A stretch of DNA of 63,781 nt, counting the filler, from Phoronis australis (lineage: Eukaryota; Animalia; Phoronida): the NCBI GenBank assembly GCA_002633005.1. It is 6 parts of 6 records of this genome, joined end to end, with 100 filler letters (N's around TTAATTAATTAA, not from the genome) between each part and the next. Parts side by side here need not be neighbours in the genome. Positions count along the whole stretch, not along the records: positions 2,877 to 33,401 come from NMRA01000938.1; 5 more parts are not named here. One strand, given 5' to 3'. The translations under genes and the position numbers were made by a program. Under the pieces are notes generated by a model. That model saw only the letters and a list, made by a program, of their open reading frames with translations. It searched no databases and was not told where the DNA came from. Of the stretch, positions 12,372-26,700 are shown in pieces (the first letter of the stretch is position 1; every line of letters begins with the position of its first letter).

Positions 12372-15109
12372 ACCCGTTCCACGATCAGATACAGTGTCTG
12401 TTTACAACACATTTCATGAAGACAGAGTGTGAACATTGAAGTTCGATAACAGTTTTAATTACAAGTCTTTGCAAGCATCTCTTGAATGGTTGTTTCTGAC
12501 TAGAACGTTTTGAAATGCATAATCAAAGCTATTGTTACTGAGTGCCCTGGCGTTTTGGTTTGCGTTCTTTCCAAAGCGCTCATGAAAATCAATGCTTGGA
12601 ATACTATGCCCCAAAATGTTCTCAATGTAGGGCGAAGAACTGTTATTATAAAAATAGAGTTTTGTGTACAAACGTTTCATTGTTCTGTACACAGACGGTT
12701 GCATTGATATTACAGAAGTTTTGGGTATTGAGAACGTGCACTGTAAGTGGTATAGCGTAAAGTTTTACCTAAATTTGAAGACATACATTGCACTTCGTCA
12801 CGTAAGATTTTTGGTAAAGCCCTCGCCACAGAACTCTGGAAACGTTTGAAAACGTACGCATTATATCCTTTACGCAAGTACGCTTTCTGTCTATGCACAC
12901 ATGAACATCGGCGGCACTAAATGTGTAACCAACATCGTTAAATTTTTGTAACTGATCTCAAAAGACGATTTTTCAAAAGGTTCTGATTCAGGGTTGTACA
13001 GCACTGCCGTGGATTTTCGATAACACGCTCTAATGCTGTGCATTTTGCTAGGTAGGTCAGATTGAGGAGCGGGGCTTGGTCGCCTTATCGGTAGGCATTG
13101 CGGCACTAAACACATGCACATATTCCCTTACACGTATATATTTTATATATGCATAGTTTAGTAGACCTTGACGTATCATTCCCAATAATGACAGTGTTTG
13201 ATTTGTGTCACCTTAGAATAGGATGTAAAATGTCTCACTAAACAACAGTGGGTGGGAAAGTATTGGCTTTGGCTAATCTACAGGTAAGCTCACTGGTGAC
13301 AAACTCACAGTGATAGTCAAAATTTTTAAAAAAACTTAGTTGAGATATCTTCGCATCGATATTTAACAACGGTATCGTTACTGTATCAAGGCTCAATATC
13401 AGATGTAACTATTACAAAACTGAGTTGATTTGTTGACTTAAGGTTATCTCAAACCTTATTTAGTGGCCTCCATTTTACAATGTAAGTCGTGTATCAAATA
13501 AACTAACTTTTTCAGCTACTAAAAGTATATATTTTTTGAACGAGAAAAGATCAGGGAATAAAAATACTTTTTGTATTAATATACCATTATTAGTTTTAAG
13601 TAAAAACCTTTATAAGCAAAATTTCATTTCAAGAAAGATACATTCATAGCAAAGTAACCCCTCGGTCGATTTTAGTGAAACCATTTTAAAAGGAAAATGT
13701 CACCAGTTACCTCAAAAACGCTGTTAGGACTTTCCGATTAGCGTTTTCTTTCAGTTTCTATGACAAATCATCTTGCAAAACGTAAGGTTACTTCAGTAAA
13801 AAATAGAAGTCGTATTCGTCATTGTCACATTACTCATAAACTAGACCTTTACATCGAAAATCCTAGCAGCTTTTTGAGATCGATGTCGAAATACATGTAT
13901 TATTTATGTAAAGTTTCAGCGATACCCACCGAACCGTTTTCGAAAACTCGGGTTCCTAATTTCAAGTAAAGTCGATTTGCCGAACCCGAGAAAAGGCCGA
14001 TTTAACTGGGATGAGCGAAAATCTCAGTCTTCGGTTAATTATTCGGTGAAAACTTGTTTTCGGAACCCCTTCATAAGTAGGTCACAGTTCATTGTTATAC
14101 ACATACTGTAACCTGTACACATCGAGTGCTGAGACACTTGCGGATGCGAAATCAAGTAAGAAATGGATAACAAAAATCAACTCGATGGTTAAAGCATGTC
14201 GTTAGCATGAGATCGAAATATCGAAATGTTAATGCATTAATTGAATTAAGGAATTAGGGTGAAGATTCATCTCGTCACAACTTGCCGTGTTCATGACCAC
14301 AGAGGCGTGAGGCGACTCGTAGCGTTCGTTCTCAACGCCAACGGTCGTATGCAAGTAGACATACAACTCGCGTATCATACGTTATGTCCCTTGCACCATT
14401 CTACCATACGTACACCTCATTGACGCAATGTTATGCCGACTTCAAAAGGACTGAGTGTAAACGAAGCTGTTCTGTACCTGGCGGGATATTCGATTTGATT
14501 GAAAGCCATTTAACCTTTGACCTCGGGTAAGTAGTAAACAAATATCCATGCCTTTGTGCGGTTCCAAGATGGCTCTATTAAATCTTTTTTTTTTGGCACC
14601 CGATATATAGTTTATATCTGAAGTTCCCCGAGAATGAAGATAAGACATTTTGCTAGACACTTGTGAAATATTGTAAAACTGACCAATTTGTGTGAATAAG
14701 GTTTGAGATATCCTTAATGGAAACGAAATATGACGGTGACGGCTGAAAACTGCTTTCTTAGCCATAAGATACGTTTTTTGAGGTTTTAAACATTGTATAA
14801 CATTTAAAATAACAAAATCTATGTAAATAAACTCTTATTTTGCGAGGAGTTTTAAATTTAAAGTAATATTAACGATTTTTTGGTTTTCCGCCTCGTGATG
14901 TCATCGGTGGTAGATGTTGACTGGTTGACAGTGTATGTGCAAAGGCGAATAGGAGCGAATTTGCCATAACTAAAACAGGCGATGAGTTAGATCCCGCCGT
15001 GGCAGCAGACTGTGAATTTACGATCTTGACCCTTGTATACCGTACTCTTTAGCAAGTTGGAGCCTACGCAGTCTGTGACAGTCCTGATCACAGGGTGGGA
15101 ACTAAAAGT

Positions 15110-15365
15110 CATGTTCTAAAACCCTCACGACCCCACACCCCACAAACCCTCAACAGACATCCCCTCTATCCAAAACCCTTCGATCCACGAACCACAACCC
15201 CATCGACATGCGATGTTGTACAGGAAGAAAGAGTGGGGGCGTGAGCCTGACTGACCTTTTCCGTTTTTTTTTTGCAAACCAGGAAGTCTATTCGACTAGT
15301 TTTGAAGCCAAAAACAGAAAAAACGCGAGCATAGCAAAGCAATGTCCTATTAACATTACAGATGT
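15110..15365 (+). repeat. CGACCC-headed dispersed repeat, copy C
   Basis: TGTTCTAAAACCC head. Body CGTGAGCCTGACTGACCTTTT...TTTGAAGCCAAAAACAGAAAAAA matches the reverse complement of copies B and D. Confidence 0.65.
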
Positions 15366-16639
15366 AGTTCCCGGCTAAGTGAAAACGTCCCGTCTGCACT
15401 TCTGTGAATACCAGTTTCAAGCTTTTTGGGAGAGCGCAAACGTTTAACTAAACAGTGTCGCAACGTTACTAGAAGTATATTTTAAATGAGTATAGAATAG
15501 AAAGCAAATAATAAAAAGATGAAGATGCTTCCATCCATGATAGCGTGCACTCCATCTTAGTTTAGTAGAACAGGGCCATTATTAACGGCTCGTCGAATTA
15601 CATAGTACAGTCATTCTAGTGCTCCAGAAATCCCAACCTAGAAAAATTGCAACAGAAGGTTTTTTGAATGAATGGCATGTTCAAACATCCTTTGGTGGCA
15701 GAAAAACGTCTACCAAAATCAGAGTGGAGGAAATCGGTTTTTCAACATGGTGGAAAAATTGCCCCCAAAACCAGTTTTCACTGCTTTTTGACATGTTACT
15801 CTTATGCAACAGCTGGAAATAACACAATATAGCTTGTTATTGGTTATATACTTTTCATAACAGGCATACCAACCAAAGGATGCCAATTTTCCGTAAAATC
15901 AAATGGCGGCCGAAACGGTAATTTGGTACATGTTGCACAATTTCTTTTCTTATTTTGCCCTGAAAATGTCTATGCATTTGTAAGTTAGACAATTGAAAAT
16001 ATCTGAACTTTACAGTTGGTCATTGATTGGAGATAATAAAAAACAAGATGGCTGAAAAAATGGCCGACTCAAAAATAACTCCATTTTACTGCAAACTTTA
16101 TTTGTAACCTGAGAAGCGTTTACGCGAAAACAATACAATATAGAGTCAGGCTTAAAGAGTTGACTCTTTACAAAGTTTGTTTTTAAGATTTCGGTACTGA
16201 ATGTGGAATTTTAATCACATTTTAGATTTTTTAACGTTAAATTTGGTGTTTTTCAGAAAAGGCTGCAGTTAAATTTTCACACGGAGTTTCACTCACTCAA
16301 TTATTTTACTGTAAAATGTATTCATTGGAAGCATCAAAAACAATATTTGCTAGAAAAAATATGTAATTCTGGTGGAAGTTTTGGCTTATTCAGTACACAA
16401 ACCCATTGGGCAGAAAGAGGCTTGGTTCTCTGCTATTGGGGGTATTATAAGTTGTTCCCATGCAAAGATTTATGGGAGATTTTAGCAGCTATTTTCACCT
16501 GAATTTGATGGAACATAAATAAATTTGTGTAAAAAAGCTAGCAATAAAATGTTTAACATTTAGTATTTGCAACTGGTTTAATACGTGTGCTTGTTATGGA
16601 CATGGGTAGCTGAATATAAAAGAAATTAGAGACAGCAAA

Positions 16640-17700
16640 CCAAACGACAGTGATCTGCAGTCGTTTGTTCTTAGCCAGACTTGGCGGGATTTATACCGAG
16701 ATGAGCTATCTGGGCTTTATTGGATACGTAATGTCAGGCACCAGGCTTCAAGCTCTTGAGACAGAGTAAACACTAGACAGTGTGTTAAATTAAAAAAGTG
16801 TGGATAGAACAGTGAGGGGGCATATTTTGGTATACTCAGCACTGAAAGCTATCATCACAGCCACAGCATTCAACATCGCGCTTCCAAATATTGACAGATC
16901 AAATAACGCCAATCCAGAACCAATGACTTCAGGATTTCAAGAAATAAGTTCCGGTTCTTCAAAAATTCCAGGAATCCCGAATGTCACTAACACAGAGCAC
17001 ACAGATTCCGTGCCAAGAGGTAGAGCATTTCAAAGCTTGTACACAAACATTGGCTCGCCAGAATATATGGAGACAGATTCTTTAGATATCTCAACTGATT
17101 ACATACTAGATATGTATATACTGGGATATGTACAGGCAGTGTCTTCCGATTCTGAACCTTAGATTGCGGTGGAATACACTTACGAGAGTTCATTTTTGGT
17201 TTCCGACATACTACCACTGGTATATTTAAGCAGGATTGGATCAGACTATATCTCTTCAAAATTTGCAGTGACAGAATGGTTTGTCAGAAGAATCAATGGT
17301 TACTGATATACTTGATGATGATTTGAAAACTGGTCTGAAGCTGTATGATGATGTTATTGCTGGCATGATGTCTATGTGCGGCGATGAATGCACGTCGGAG
17401 TGTCTTGTAGGAATCCAAAAAAAAAACGTAGCACATAAATCAAACCAGCAGTCTCTGGCTACAGTATATGAAGAGGAATGGCATCCTTCGACTTTTTATA
17501 AAAGCATAAATAACGTCAGACTAGGAACTTGATCTCCTAAAAGTACTTTCTATCATGCTGCCTTACAAGTCATGTACTTGCAGCAGATGCACCAAATCAA
17601 AGACACTCATCTAGACGTCTACAGCACCTTTATTAACGGCCACCATTCCATAAAAATGACAGATTTTGGACAGGCTTGTCATCTGGCCTTGTAATAGCTC
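16640..17700 (+). mobile_element. Decayed Academ-like (AcademX-type) DNA transposase
   Basis: Broken frames give RLGGIYTEMSYLGFIGYVMSG, RTVRGHILVYSAL, LWLQYMKRNGILRLFIKA*...MLPY and MYLQQMHQIKDTHLDVYSTFINGHH...FWTGLSSGLVI. These match the LGGFH...RAVRGH...WLQYM...WAGLSSDL family, which I associate from memory with Academ. Confidence 0.65.
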
Positions 17701-19219
17701 ACTTGTGAGTTTCCAGTTAGTCAATGTGACATCATCTTAAGAGGGGCAAAACCGGAAAAAAATGTTCTTGTTTTGCCCCGAGTCTTTGCTACACACGCGA
17801 AATTTTACATGAGTTCTTATGGTGAATTTTACACTTAAAACGTTAACACGATTTAAGGGATGGCCTATGGATCGTGGAATAACTCTGAATGGACGAAGAA
17901 AATGTGAACTTGTTATATGTTGTGCAAAGCTGTGAACGGACTGAAATTGGAACTCGACCCGGTCCAGGCTTGAATGCCGCAGACATACAGGAGCGACTAG
18001 GTGGGGCGGTAGCCGCGCGAGCACACAGGTATCATTTAATTTTCCTCGGAAAATTTTTTTACACCGGCGTTTTTGATTGGCTAGTCGAATTCTCAACAGG
18101 CATTGCTTTACGCAAACAAAGTGGTTCGACTAATGGACTGCAGTGTATATGTGCTCTGTTAGGCAGACAAATCGATGTTTGAAATTTATGTTCAGGAAAT
18201 TTGAATCCTAGAAGTTTTGGTTGCGCCTTTTCGGAGTGCATATTTCTACTGTCGATGACTTTTGTTTACCATACTATCCTGTAGTCACATAGTATGGATA
18301 ACACACCGTTAAATCGGCCAGATATGTGTTTATTGTACATGTACGTGCTTCAAGCACGCAGCTATTAAACGTCACCGCAGAAACGAATTAGTTGCTGCGA
18401 CGCCAGTTGCATGACAAAGCTAAAAGTCGTTCACAGTCCGCCATTTTTTCACGGTGTTATAAAGCTGGCCAATAACTGCTGAGGTTTAGTCAACCAATGC
18501 TAAAGCGCGTGCCACTGCATGATACCTGCGTGCTGGCTAGGCACGTAGGGGACCATCGAGACAGGGGTGATAGTAGAGCCCCATACTCGTTACTCGTTTC
18601 AAAATACAGCAAATAACATCAATTGAAACATGGAACTTTATACCATGCCAGCAGCAGAATGACAACGACCTCAGTGTCGGGGATACTGAGAACGTCGTTT
18701 CTGTACCCAAATGAGACAGCGTACTGGAGGTACAAAACAAGGTCTTAGGTTCATAGGCTCTTAGTCTCTTATTGGTTACTGTAGATATGTGGGATCTCCT
18801 GAGTATGAGCCGGGATCATCAAATCACTTTCATTGTTACATTTTGAAATCGCAAATTAGTTAAGTAAGAAATAATCAGAAAGTTCTGTTCTGAAAAAAAA
18901 AGATTATAGACTCATCGCCATCGGATACCCGTCTACAATCAGGATGGCGATCTCGGGTTTCTTCTACCTAGAAACTGCCTTCTCACCACTCCAGACCTGG
19001 AGTAACAGTTGGCAAGGTTGCTGTTTGTTGTCATCGTTTGCAAGAAAAGTTCTGGAGTCATACGGCTTATGTCTAGATGGTCCACCCAATTTTTTACTCT
19101 GAACTGCCACGTCACAACCGCTCCTGGGCTTTGATAGATTAAAAGTGGTACATGTAGCTGTTAGTTGAGAACAAGAAGTGCTTCTTCGACACTATTTGAT
19201 CAATTGGATTCCTCACAGT

Positions 19220-19552
19220 CTCCCAAAAAACTTGAATCTGCCATACACTGAAGAGCAGACGATACGACTGCACTCTATGGAGGACGACATTTGTAACGTT
19301 GGTAGGTCTTTGATTTGATTTGATCGCGTTTTTTTCTGCTTTTGGTTTTCAAACTTGCCAAATCGACTTTCTAAATTGCAAAACAAAAAAACAAGAAAAA
19401 ACCAGGCGAGCTCACGGCCAGACTCGATGGCCCTGTTAGTCAGCGATTGTTCTACGTTCAGATCGAATCAAGCTTGTTTAAACTGGGTCGAGGAGGTCGT
19501 GGGTCGAGGGGTCGTCAGTAGGGTGCTGGTGGTGGTTGTTTTGGAGCAATCC
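19220..19552 (-). repeat. CGACCC-headed dispersed repeat, copy D
   Basis: Reverse complement begins GGATTGCTCC with CGACCC multimers. About 250 nt of body is homologous to copy B (shared CTTGAATCTG, GATTTGATTTG, TTTCAAACTT, GTTCAGAT). Confidence 0.75.
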
Positions 19553-21516
19553 GGATTTCACATGGAAAGGAGCGTGAATCTGGGCCAGTTCTCGGCTTGA
19601 TACAGGGCAACTTATAACAAAATGATATACCTCACACGTATGTGGAGAAATAAAAAGACGTCACTCAATATTAGCTCAGATATTATTACCTTTCCTTGTG
19701 AAGATGGCTGCCATCCTTGGTTTCAGTTATGAATCAGAAACTGCACCGATGTGGGAAAACGAGCACGATGATGCAAGATATTGATAGGTTTATGGAGCGA
19801 ATGGTGCACTTGGGAGCTTCGTGCCTCTGGGCCTTCACTGTCCCCCAAGCGGTGATGTTTGGAAATGAAATGTTAATAGCTTTGTCTGTGATAACCCATT
19901 TTCCAATTCACTTGGAAGAAATATTATCACACACGGACTGCACACAATGTGGAGGATCCTGTGGCTGTTGGAGGCGTTCGGCCCGAAATTTCATGAAGCT
20001 GCTGTACTTTTTTGCTTGCTGTTCCTCTGACATTGGTTAAGATTGTAAAATTGCCATGTTCAATTACAGAGTCTAAATGGAGAAGCATAAGGGTAAAGAT
20101 TGTTCTTTCTTTGATGTGAGTAGATAAGCTTAGACCTCATCGTCTACTTGTAGGTATAAATTTTGCATTTTTGTGGTTTGCTGCCTAAATTTGAATTGCA
20201 GTCCAATTTTCCCAGTCCCCAGCATTGGATTCGCACTGATTGACATACATGTACATGTCAACAGCACATTTGTATTTTTTGATGTAAGTTTGTATTCAAG
20301 GTGAGTTTTACTTCTAAAGCTTTGGACTGCAATGTCACATTCTGTTTTCGTGGATGGGTCAACATCAAAGTTCTGAATTTGGATACAAACAAGATTTTCA
20401 TGCCTCACACAGTACTTGTGCTCCATGTGTTGAGTGTTTTATACCTGTGCCATGTATAACATAGCTTGCATCACTTACTTGTAGTTCTAATGTAACGTTT
20501 GTCCCACCAAATATATGTGCAGACACTTAGTTCTTTCAATTGTATGAAATACTTGGCGACATATTGCGAAGTAACTTAAAATCGGTAATGGCGCACTAAT
20601 TTGCATAAAAAAAACATACGTGGGACATTTTTTTGGCTTGTTAACATTATTTTTCCGTTTTCACGCACATTTTCCTTCATAAAATTCAACTTAGAAGTTG
20701 AAGTGCTGGGGGTGCACGGGGGCATTTTTCGACTAGACTACAGTCAGTGACTGATTTTATAGAGTGTTTCAATATCCCTTTCAATAATAAAAACTATTGT
20801 TCAAAAGTTTTAATTTTTCATTTTGATGAATTCTTTCGATTAGCTGATTGGTTTTGCATACCCATGAACAAGTCCGAATGCATGTGACATTTAGTACCCA
20901 AACATGATTTTTGATGAGTTTCAAATTGTTTTCACTACTGGCACTGACGTGGTATTATGCATTGACCAAATGTTGATAGTCGTTGGATGTTTTATGTGAC
21001 ATAGTTCACGCTCTTTAAACAACCAAGCCCCCGTCGTTGGTGCTGTTTATTTCGTAGAACGAAATATCTTCTTGAGTAATTTCGCAGACCGTGTCAGCGC
21101 AACCTTAGATCTTGGCGACATTTGTCCAGTTGGCTGTTTGTCACTGTTCTACGATGTGCAACTATTTTCTGTTGTCTTGCGGTATTTGAAGTCGTCAACT
21201 GTATGACACAAACAGTGAAAGATAGTAGCCTCAACTATCCATTTCCACCCCAAAGTGGACGGACTGCATGCTCGTGGAAATTCCGATGATCGTCCTATGG
21301 TCCTTTAGTACATCCACGCTAAAGAACTGGGATCCCTACACAAAAATAGCTTTGCCAACAAAGCATTACGATATCCGGGTATTTCCAGCTGTATTATCTT
21401 CTGCTTTCAGGTTGTAAGGCTTGGGAAGACTTTGGTTAAATAATCTGCATGAACTTAAATACCTTAAAGATTAATTAGTATTTTTACATCAAGATGGCAC
21501 TTTACAGAAAGCTCAC

Positions 21517-21804
21517 CTGTTCGTTCCGAGTGCATAGCAAACATGACATTCTTTCCGCCACAGGTCTGAGAAGAATCTCCAGCACACGGAGTATTGCACA
21601 TAGCAAGTGAAACTTCTTTATTTCGGAAGAAATCATCACCACACCAGCATTCGTTGCCACGACGCAGAGCTGAGAATTTTTTGTTAAATCCACCACAAAT
21701 TGAACGACAGTACGATGGGGAATTTAAATTTCCTCTGTATGCCTTCGTGGAGAACAGGCTGCTAGTAACTTCATTCCAGCATTTGTTGATATCAACTTGT
21801 CTGT
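21517..21804 (-). CDS. WSC-domain exon, phase 1-1 (absent from the ORF track)
   Basis: RQVDINKCWNEVTSSLFSTKAYRGNLNSPSYCRSICGGFNKKFSALRRGNECWCGDDFFRNKEVSLAMCNTPCAGDSSQTCGGKNVMFAMHSERT. Acceptor aatgtttag|, donor CAG|gtgagc. 288 nt and stop-free. Confidence 0.88.
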
Positions 21805-22679
21805 CTAAACATTAAATAGAGTATAACGTTCATTAATACAGCACATCTTGAAACAATCGGTAACAGAGAAAAATACATCTCGGCAAGAAGTGTCTGATGT
21901 AGGTGGCGCCCAGCCGAAAGTTAACTAGCCCACCAGTTTTACTCGTAACTCAGACGTCGTATATGTCGAAGTTGAAACAGCACCAGGTCGAGCGCGGGTG
22001 TCCTCGATCTCTGGGTTGTGTCTGATCATGTTAAAAATCAAAGATGCCTGACTTCACATGAACAACCCCTACACTAATATTTGGAGTTTTACTTCCTCAA
22101 AGAAAATGCAAACGAAGCCACATTGCGACTAACTCGTCCTAATCGAATGCCAAATTTATGGCCTTGGCTTAACTGCTATTATGAAAGAAACTGATCGGAT
22201 TCGCTACTTTCTCTTATAATGCATGGACTTTAAGAATTCAAATACGGGTTCAGTTTACTTTTAAAAACAGTCACTTGCATTGGTTATTGTTCATCTTTTT
22301 AAATTTTGAAATTCAAACGCTAACCAAGAGAGTTGGTTTACGGCAGCATTTAATTCACACAACACCTCTAGGCAAGCCCATTAATAACGACTAGCTCATT
22401 TTAACCCGTGGCGGTGCCATCAAGCGTATGTTTTGCAGAGGAATTCGCTGGATACTCTGTGGGAAAGCAGAGCACGCTTTTTCGTCCACCTGCTCGTAAA
22501 TCCTGTTACCATGAGACTTGGGTTATGCCTATTTTGGGGTTAATGTTAGCCGAATTTGACTTTGTTGTAAACAAATGTTAACTTACTATTGTTAGCCATC
22601 CAAAACACATGGCTCACAAACTCGTCGTAATAGCAAAAGTTTGGGAAAAAGAAGAACAGAAATGGCTACTACTAAGGAT

Positions 22680-23461
22680 ACATACATATATAGTCTTTCC
22701 AAAATACTGCAGGGGTTTGTTTTGGATAAATATTTGGCGTTTTCGATGTCAGTACGCTGTCTGGATAATTCTGGTAGAAAATTCTTTATAATATCGTTAA
22801 GTACGCGGCAGTTAATTAATAAGTGACTTCGTCTTCAATGTCTGAGCGTTTGCAAATTTCACAACGCATCTCTTCCCTTGGAATGTCATGATGCCTACCA
22901 GTTTCTATTTCCGATTGATGTCCAGAGCACCGAAGTTTGTCAAGCCTTCTACGTAGGTGGTGCACAGTAAAGATATTCTTCACAAGATAAATCTGTTTTG
23001 ATAATGGAGTAAAATGAGCACTTGCTGGAGTTCTGCACTGACATTCTTCAGTCTTGGGCACCACAATCGAACAAACTATGCTTAAATTCTGATACAAATA
23101 AACCAATATTACCCGATCCACTTATCCGTACCTCCCTGAACCCATATCTGTATAAAATATCTTTAGCTGCACAGGCCCAATTTGCTCGTCCTCTTTCACA
23201 GTCATCCCGCAGCATCCTGTAAATTTTCTTTGGGTACCTAGAGTTATTCATCTGTAGAATTTTGGTGCAGTAGATAATTGGTCTACAGAAGTATTTCATA
23301 GGTAATGAATGTCTGGCGCATTCTCCTCGGGACACAACGTTACTTGTTTTCTTTGGGACACCAACAACCCATTCACAGAAATCATTGCAAACAATTTCTA
23401 TGGCTTTCGAATACAAAATACCCCATATCGTAGCATCGTATAACAATATAGGAACTATCAT
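22680..23461 (-). mobile_element. 3' fragment of an RTE-X (RTEX)-like LINE ORF2, decayed
   Basis: PILLYDATIWG...FCEWVVGVPKKTSNVVSRGECARHSL...NW...KLRCSGHQSEIETGRHHDIPREEMRCEICKRSDIEDE/HLLINC. Post-RT region with a C-terminal CxxC...H...C finger; frameshifted. Confidence 0.8.
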
Positions 23462-23597
23462 ACCAGGGCCCCGCTCAATCTGTACGTCTGGTATGGTAGT
23501 TATTGACTAGTTCCTTTACTTCAGTTTTCGCTTCTTCCCGTGATTCAGAATTTCCCTCGCGAATGCCGTAAAAAAATAGGATTTCCCGTCTAGACCT

Positions 23598-23751
23598 GGC
23601 GTGTGTTCAGTAGACGCTAGGACCTACGCTAGGACCTAGCTAAAACCTAGTCAAAGTCACGTGTTCTCATTTAAAATACAAGGCAATATCTCACGTAATC
23701 TCGCGAAGTCTTGCTTTTTAGCGAGGTCCTAGCGTTACTGAACGGGACGCT
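23598..23751. mobile_element. Short MITE
   Basis: Left GTTCAGTAGACGCTAGGACCT versus right AGGTCCTAGCGTTACTGAAC (inverted). Internal tandem GCTAGGACCTA. Confidence 0.6.
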
Positions 23752-26700
23752 GTTCTCTAAATCATCCATCATGTTTTCCAAGTGCGCCACCTGCTATCTC
23801 AAACCAACATGTTCCTGCTTAATTTGCTTGAAAAAACCATCGCGCAGTAGGTTCCTAACACTTTTTTGAGTTTTTCAGTTTTCCACCTGAGACCCTCAAA
23901 AAGTCAATATCAGCATAGCTTATCTCATCAATTTACCGAGTACCTGAACAAGAATGGTCAGTCATTCATGAACACGGCTGTCAAATACTCAAGGTCATAC
24001 CCGCACATGAAGACCAGGCTATACTTTCATAATGGTGGGGTTCTATCACAAAGCGGAGAGGAGAGTCCCGCCATGAGCACAACGTTCATAATATGTTAGT
24101 CATCAGAAAAGTGCAAGCCAAGAACATATCATTGCTGAGACAAAAACCCCAAAGACAATAAGAGTATATTAGCCAATACCTCAGATAACGCTATATTTTT
24201 CAGCGTATTCTGAACAAAAATAAAAAATATCAATCGTAATCTTGGTTGTTGTAATGTCTTCAACCAAGACAATACCCTAGTAGAAGAGCATTACCATTTT
24301 TAATGAAATTTATAAATTGTGTATCATATTTCAGAATCACATGTTACTAAGTATTGTACTTCCAGGCAATAAGGATAGCAACACCAAAAGGTTAAAATAT
24401 TGAATCACTCAATGGCACATTGCCGTGGTGTGTGGAGCTGGTGACAGGCTTACATGTACATGTAATTTGGTGACCAGCAGGTCGTCAATGCTACCTCAGA
24501 TTGTGTATGGAGACTTGGAAAATCCCAGGCAACCACAAAGTCAGTGACAATCAGCGCGAACCACTGAGTAGTCAAACAAAGACAACAGGAAATAAATTGA
24601 CGCAAGTCGCAAGTACTGTAAAACATGAAAGGCTTGGTTGATGAGTCATACAAAACAGTTTCATTTGATGAGGGACATTACCAAATCTCTGTTCTACAAA
24701 TAAAAGGAATAAAAGTACATTCCAGGCAATTTGTTATTCACCTACAAAAATTTGCTGCCCAAACGATGACCTTTGACTTCTGTAGTGAGTTTAAGTAGTC
24801 ACAACACTGCACCACACTACATGTACACTATACTTACAGTGTGAGCAGTCATGGCAGTTTTTTGAAACACCCCGTTTTGCCCATTGCTTTAATTGAGCGA
24901 AATATATGCGTACACCACATAAACGAAACGCGTCCCTAGCCATGATAGCCTGACTACCAGGCCAACAGAAATGTGAGTTTAGTTGGCCTATCTTGTTTCA
25001 AATGACCAGGGGATTGCCTGTCCTTAACTCGATGTTTTGGAAATATGATCATTCCAGATCCAAGCATTCTTGCCTGATTGAAAATCAATTCCTTTTTTTC
25101 AAATAACCTGAGCATCTAAACAAATCTAAACAACATACAGGGATCTCACTAGCTCTGAATGAAAATCACAATGTCCTGAGGTGAGTGCACTCTACTACCG
25201 CAGCCTACCTGTAGTTTATCATAGTACATTGAGAACACACAACGCATTGTAATATGATAATTGGCATGTCTGTTGACCTCGCCTAGCGCATGATACCCTT
25301 ATAGTCCTAAAAAGCAAGTCCCATCTGAGTGTTCAGCCATGTTGAAGCCAAATGAGAAATGTATCTGAGGCAGACCTACGACTAAGGGCATCGTATTTGA
25401 TGACAAGTTAAGCGAAGGCACCTGTATATTGAATGGTTAACTTTGGAAGATTTCACAGTGCCAATTCACTGGCATTTAACACATTTGGGTATCTCGTTTG
25501 TTCCATTAAGAATTGACTGGATGATCAGTGTAAAACGAGATTGCAGTCACGTTATACATGTATATATCATGATTGACTTTAAAGTGGTCCAGCATTGTAT
25601 GTGACGGCTGGCGAGCTACGCGTGCGCTTACGATGAGGATGGTAGCGTTTGGATATTTCTAAGGTCTGTTGTTATTTTGGGGAAGGAAATGTTGATAGTC
25701 TTGCTGATAAAGCGACGAAAAATCTTTAGAACCCCATGTTTATGAAGCTTTGTTATGAATTCAGATCTACTTCAAAGTTTATATGTTTTATACAGTAATC
25801 TTATTGATAATTAGTGGGAAAACCCTATCGCCAATACAATACCCATTTGGTACTGACGGACTTTATATTGAATGCAGTCGTTATCGCCTTCACGTCTTTC
25901 ACATGCACTCTGTTGCGGACGAAAATCTGACAATCCTTCCAACATGAGGCTTTCATATAGGCAAGTAACGGCTGATAACGTTGGAGCGTATAGGAAGTAA
26001 TTCCCCTAGCTAAACTTGACACAATCACCCAAACACAGTTATTGAAGTACTTCCCTCTATGCTTAAACTACGCAGATGGAGTATCTCCCGGTAGCTAAGT
26101 GATAACAACGACCATACCACTACACAATGTAAAACCATTGGGTCACTGACTAGTGCTATATAACGTCCAGGGAACTCTGGCCACCAGTAGTTTTGCCTTT
26201 TTCTATGGTTGCCAACAAATCTTTCAATCATGACACTTGCGCTTGCAACGCTTTGTGTCACAACCTAGTGAAGCTTCGACAAAAATAACGTTAGTTCAGA
26301 CTCACGCCAGAGGCGACGCAAAGTAAATAACTTCTATGTTAATCGGACAACCACAGCTAAAACTCTAAATAAATTACATTGTTCTTAGAACATTGTATGT
26401 GCTAGAAAATCACTTGAGGGAAGAATGAGAATGGCTTATTGAGGTGTTTTTTGGCGGTGTCAATTAGTTTTTCTACCTGACACCGGCACCAGCAAGACAC
26501 CTAATTTCCACCCTTGCAAAAGAAGTATTGTCAAGACTACTGTTTGTCTAGTAAGTACACGTACCCTGGTTCCATGACTACGGACACCTCTCAAAAATAA
26601 TACGGAGTATCCGCAGGACTTAGAAATTCCAATGTTTTGATAAATGCTGAAAGTGGTTTGCAGTTTCGGTGCAACCTGTGGCGAATATTAAGTTTTTGAA

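Noticed and set aside
19717-20040. Cys cluster (DCTQCGGSCGC) resembling the C-terminal CXC finger of Academ-type proteins
   Set aside because: Too few conserved positions and not contiguous with the 16640-17700 relic.
25825-26261. Minus-strand WYGRCYHL motif suggesting a C-type lectin
   Set aside because: Many stops and no other C-type lectin motifs such as WIGL or WND.
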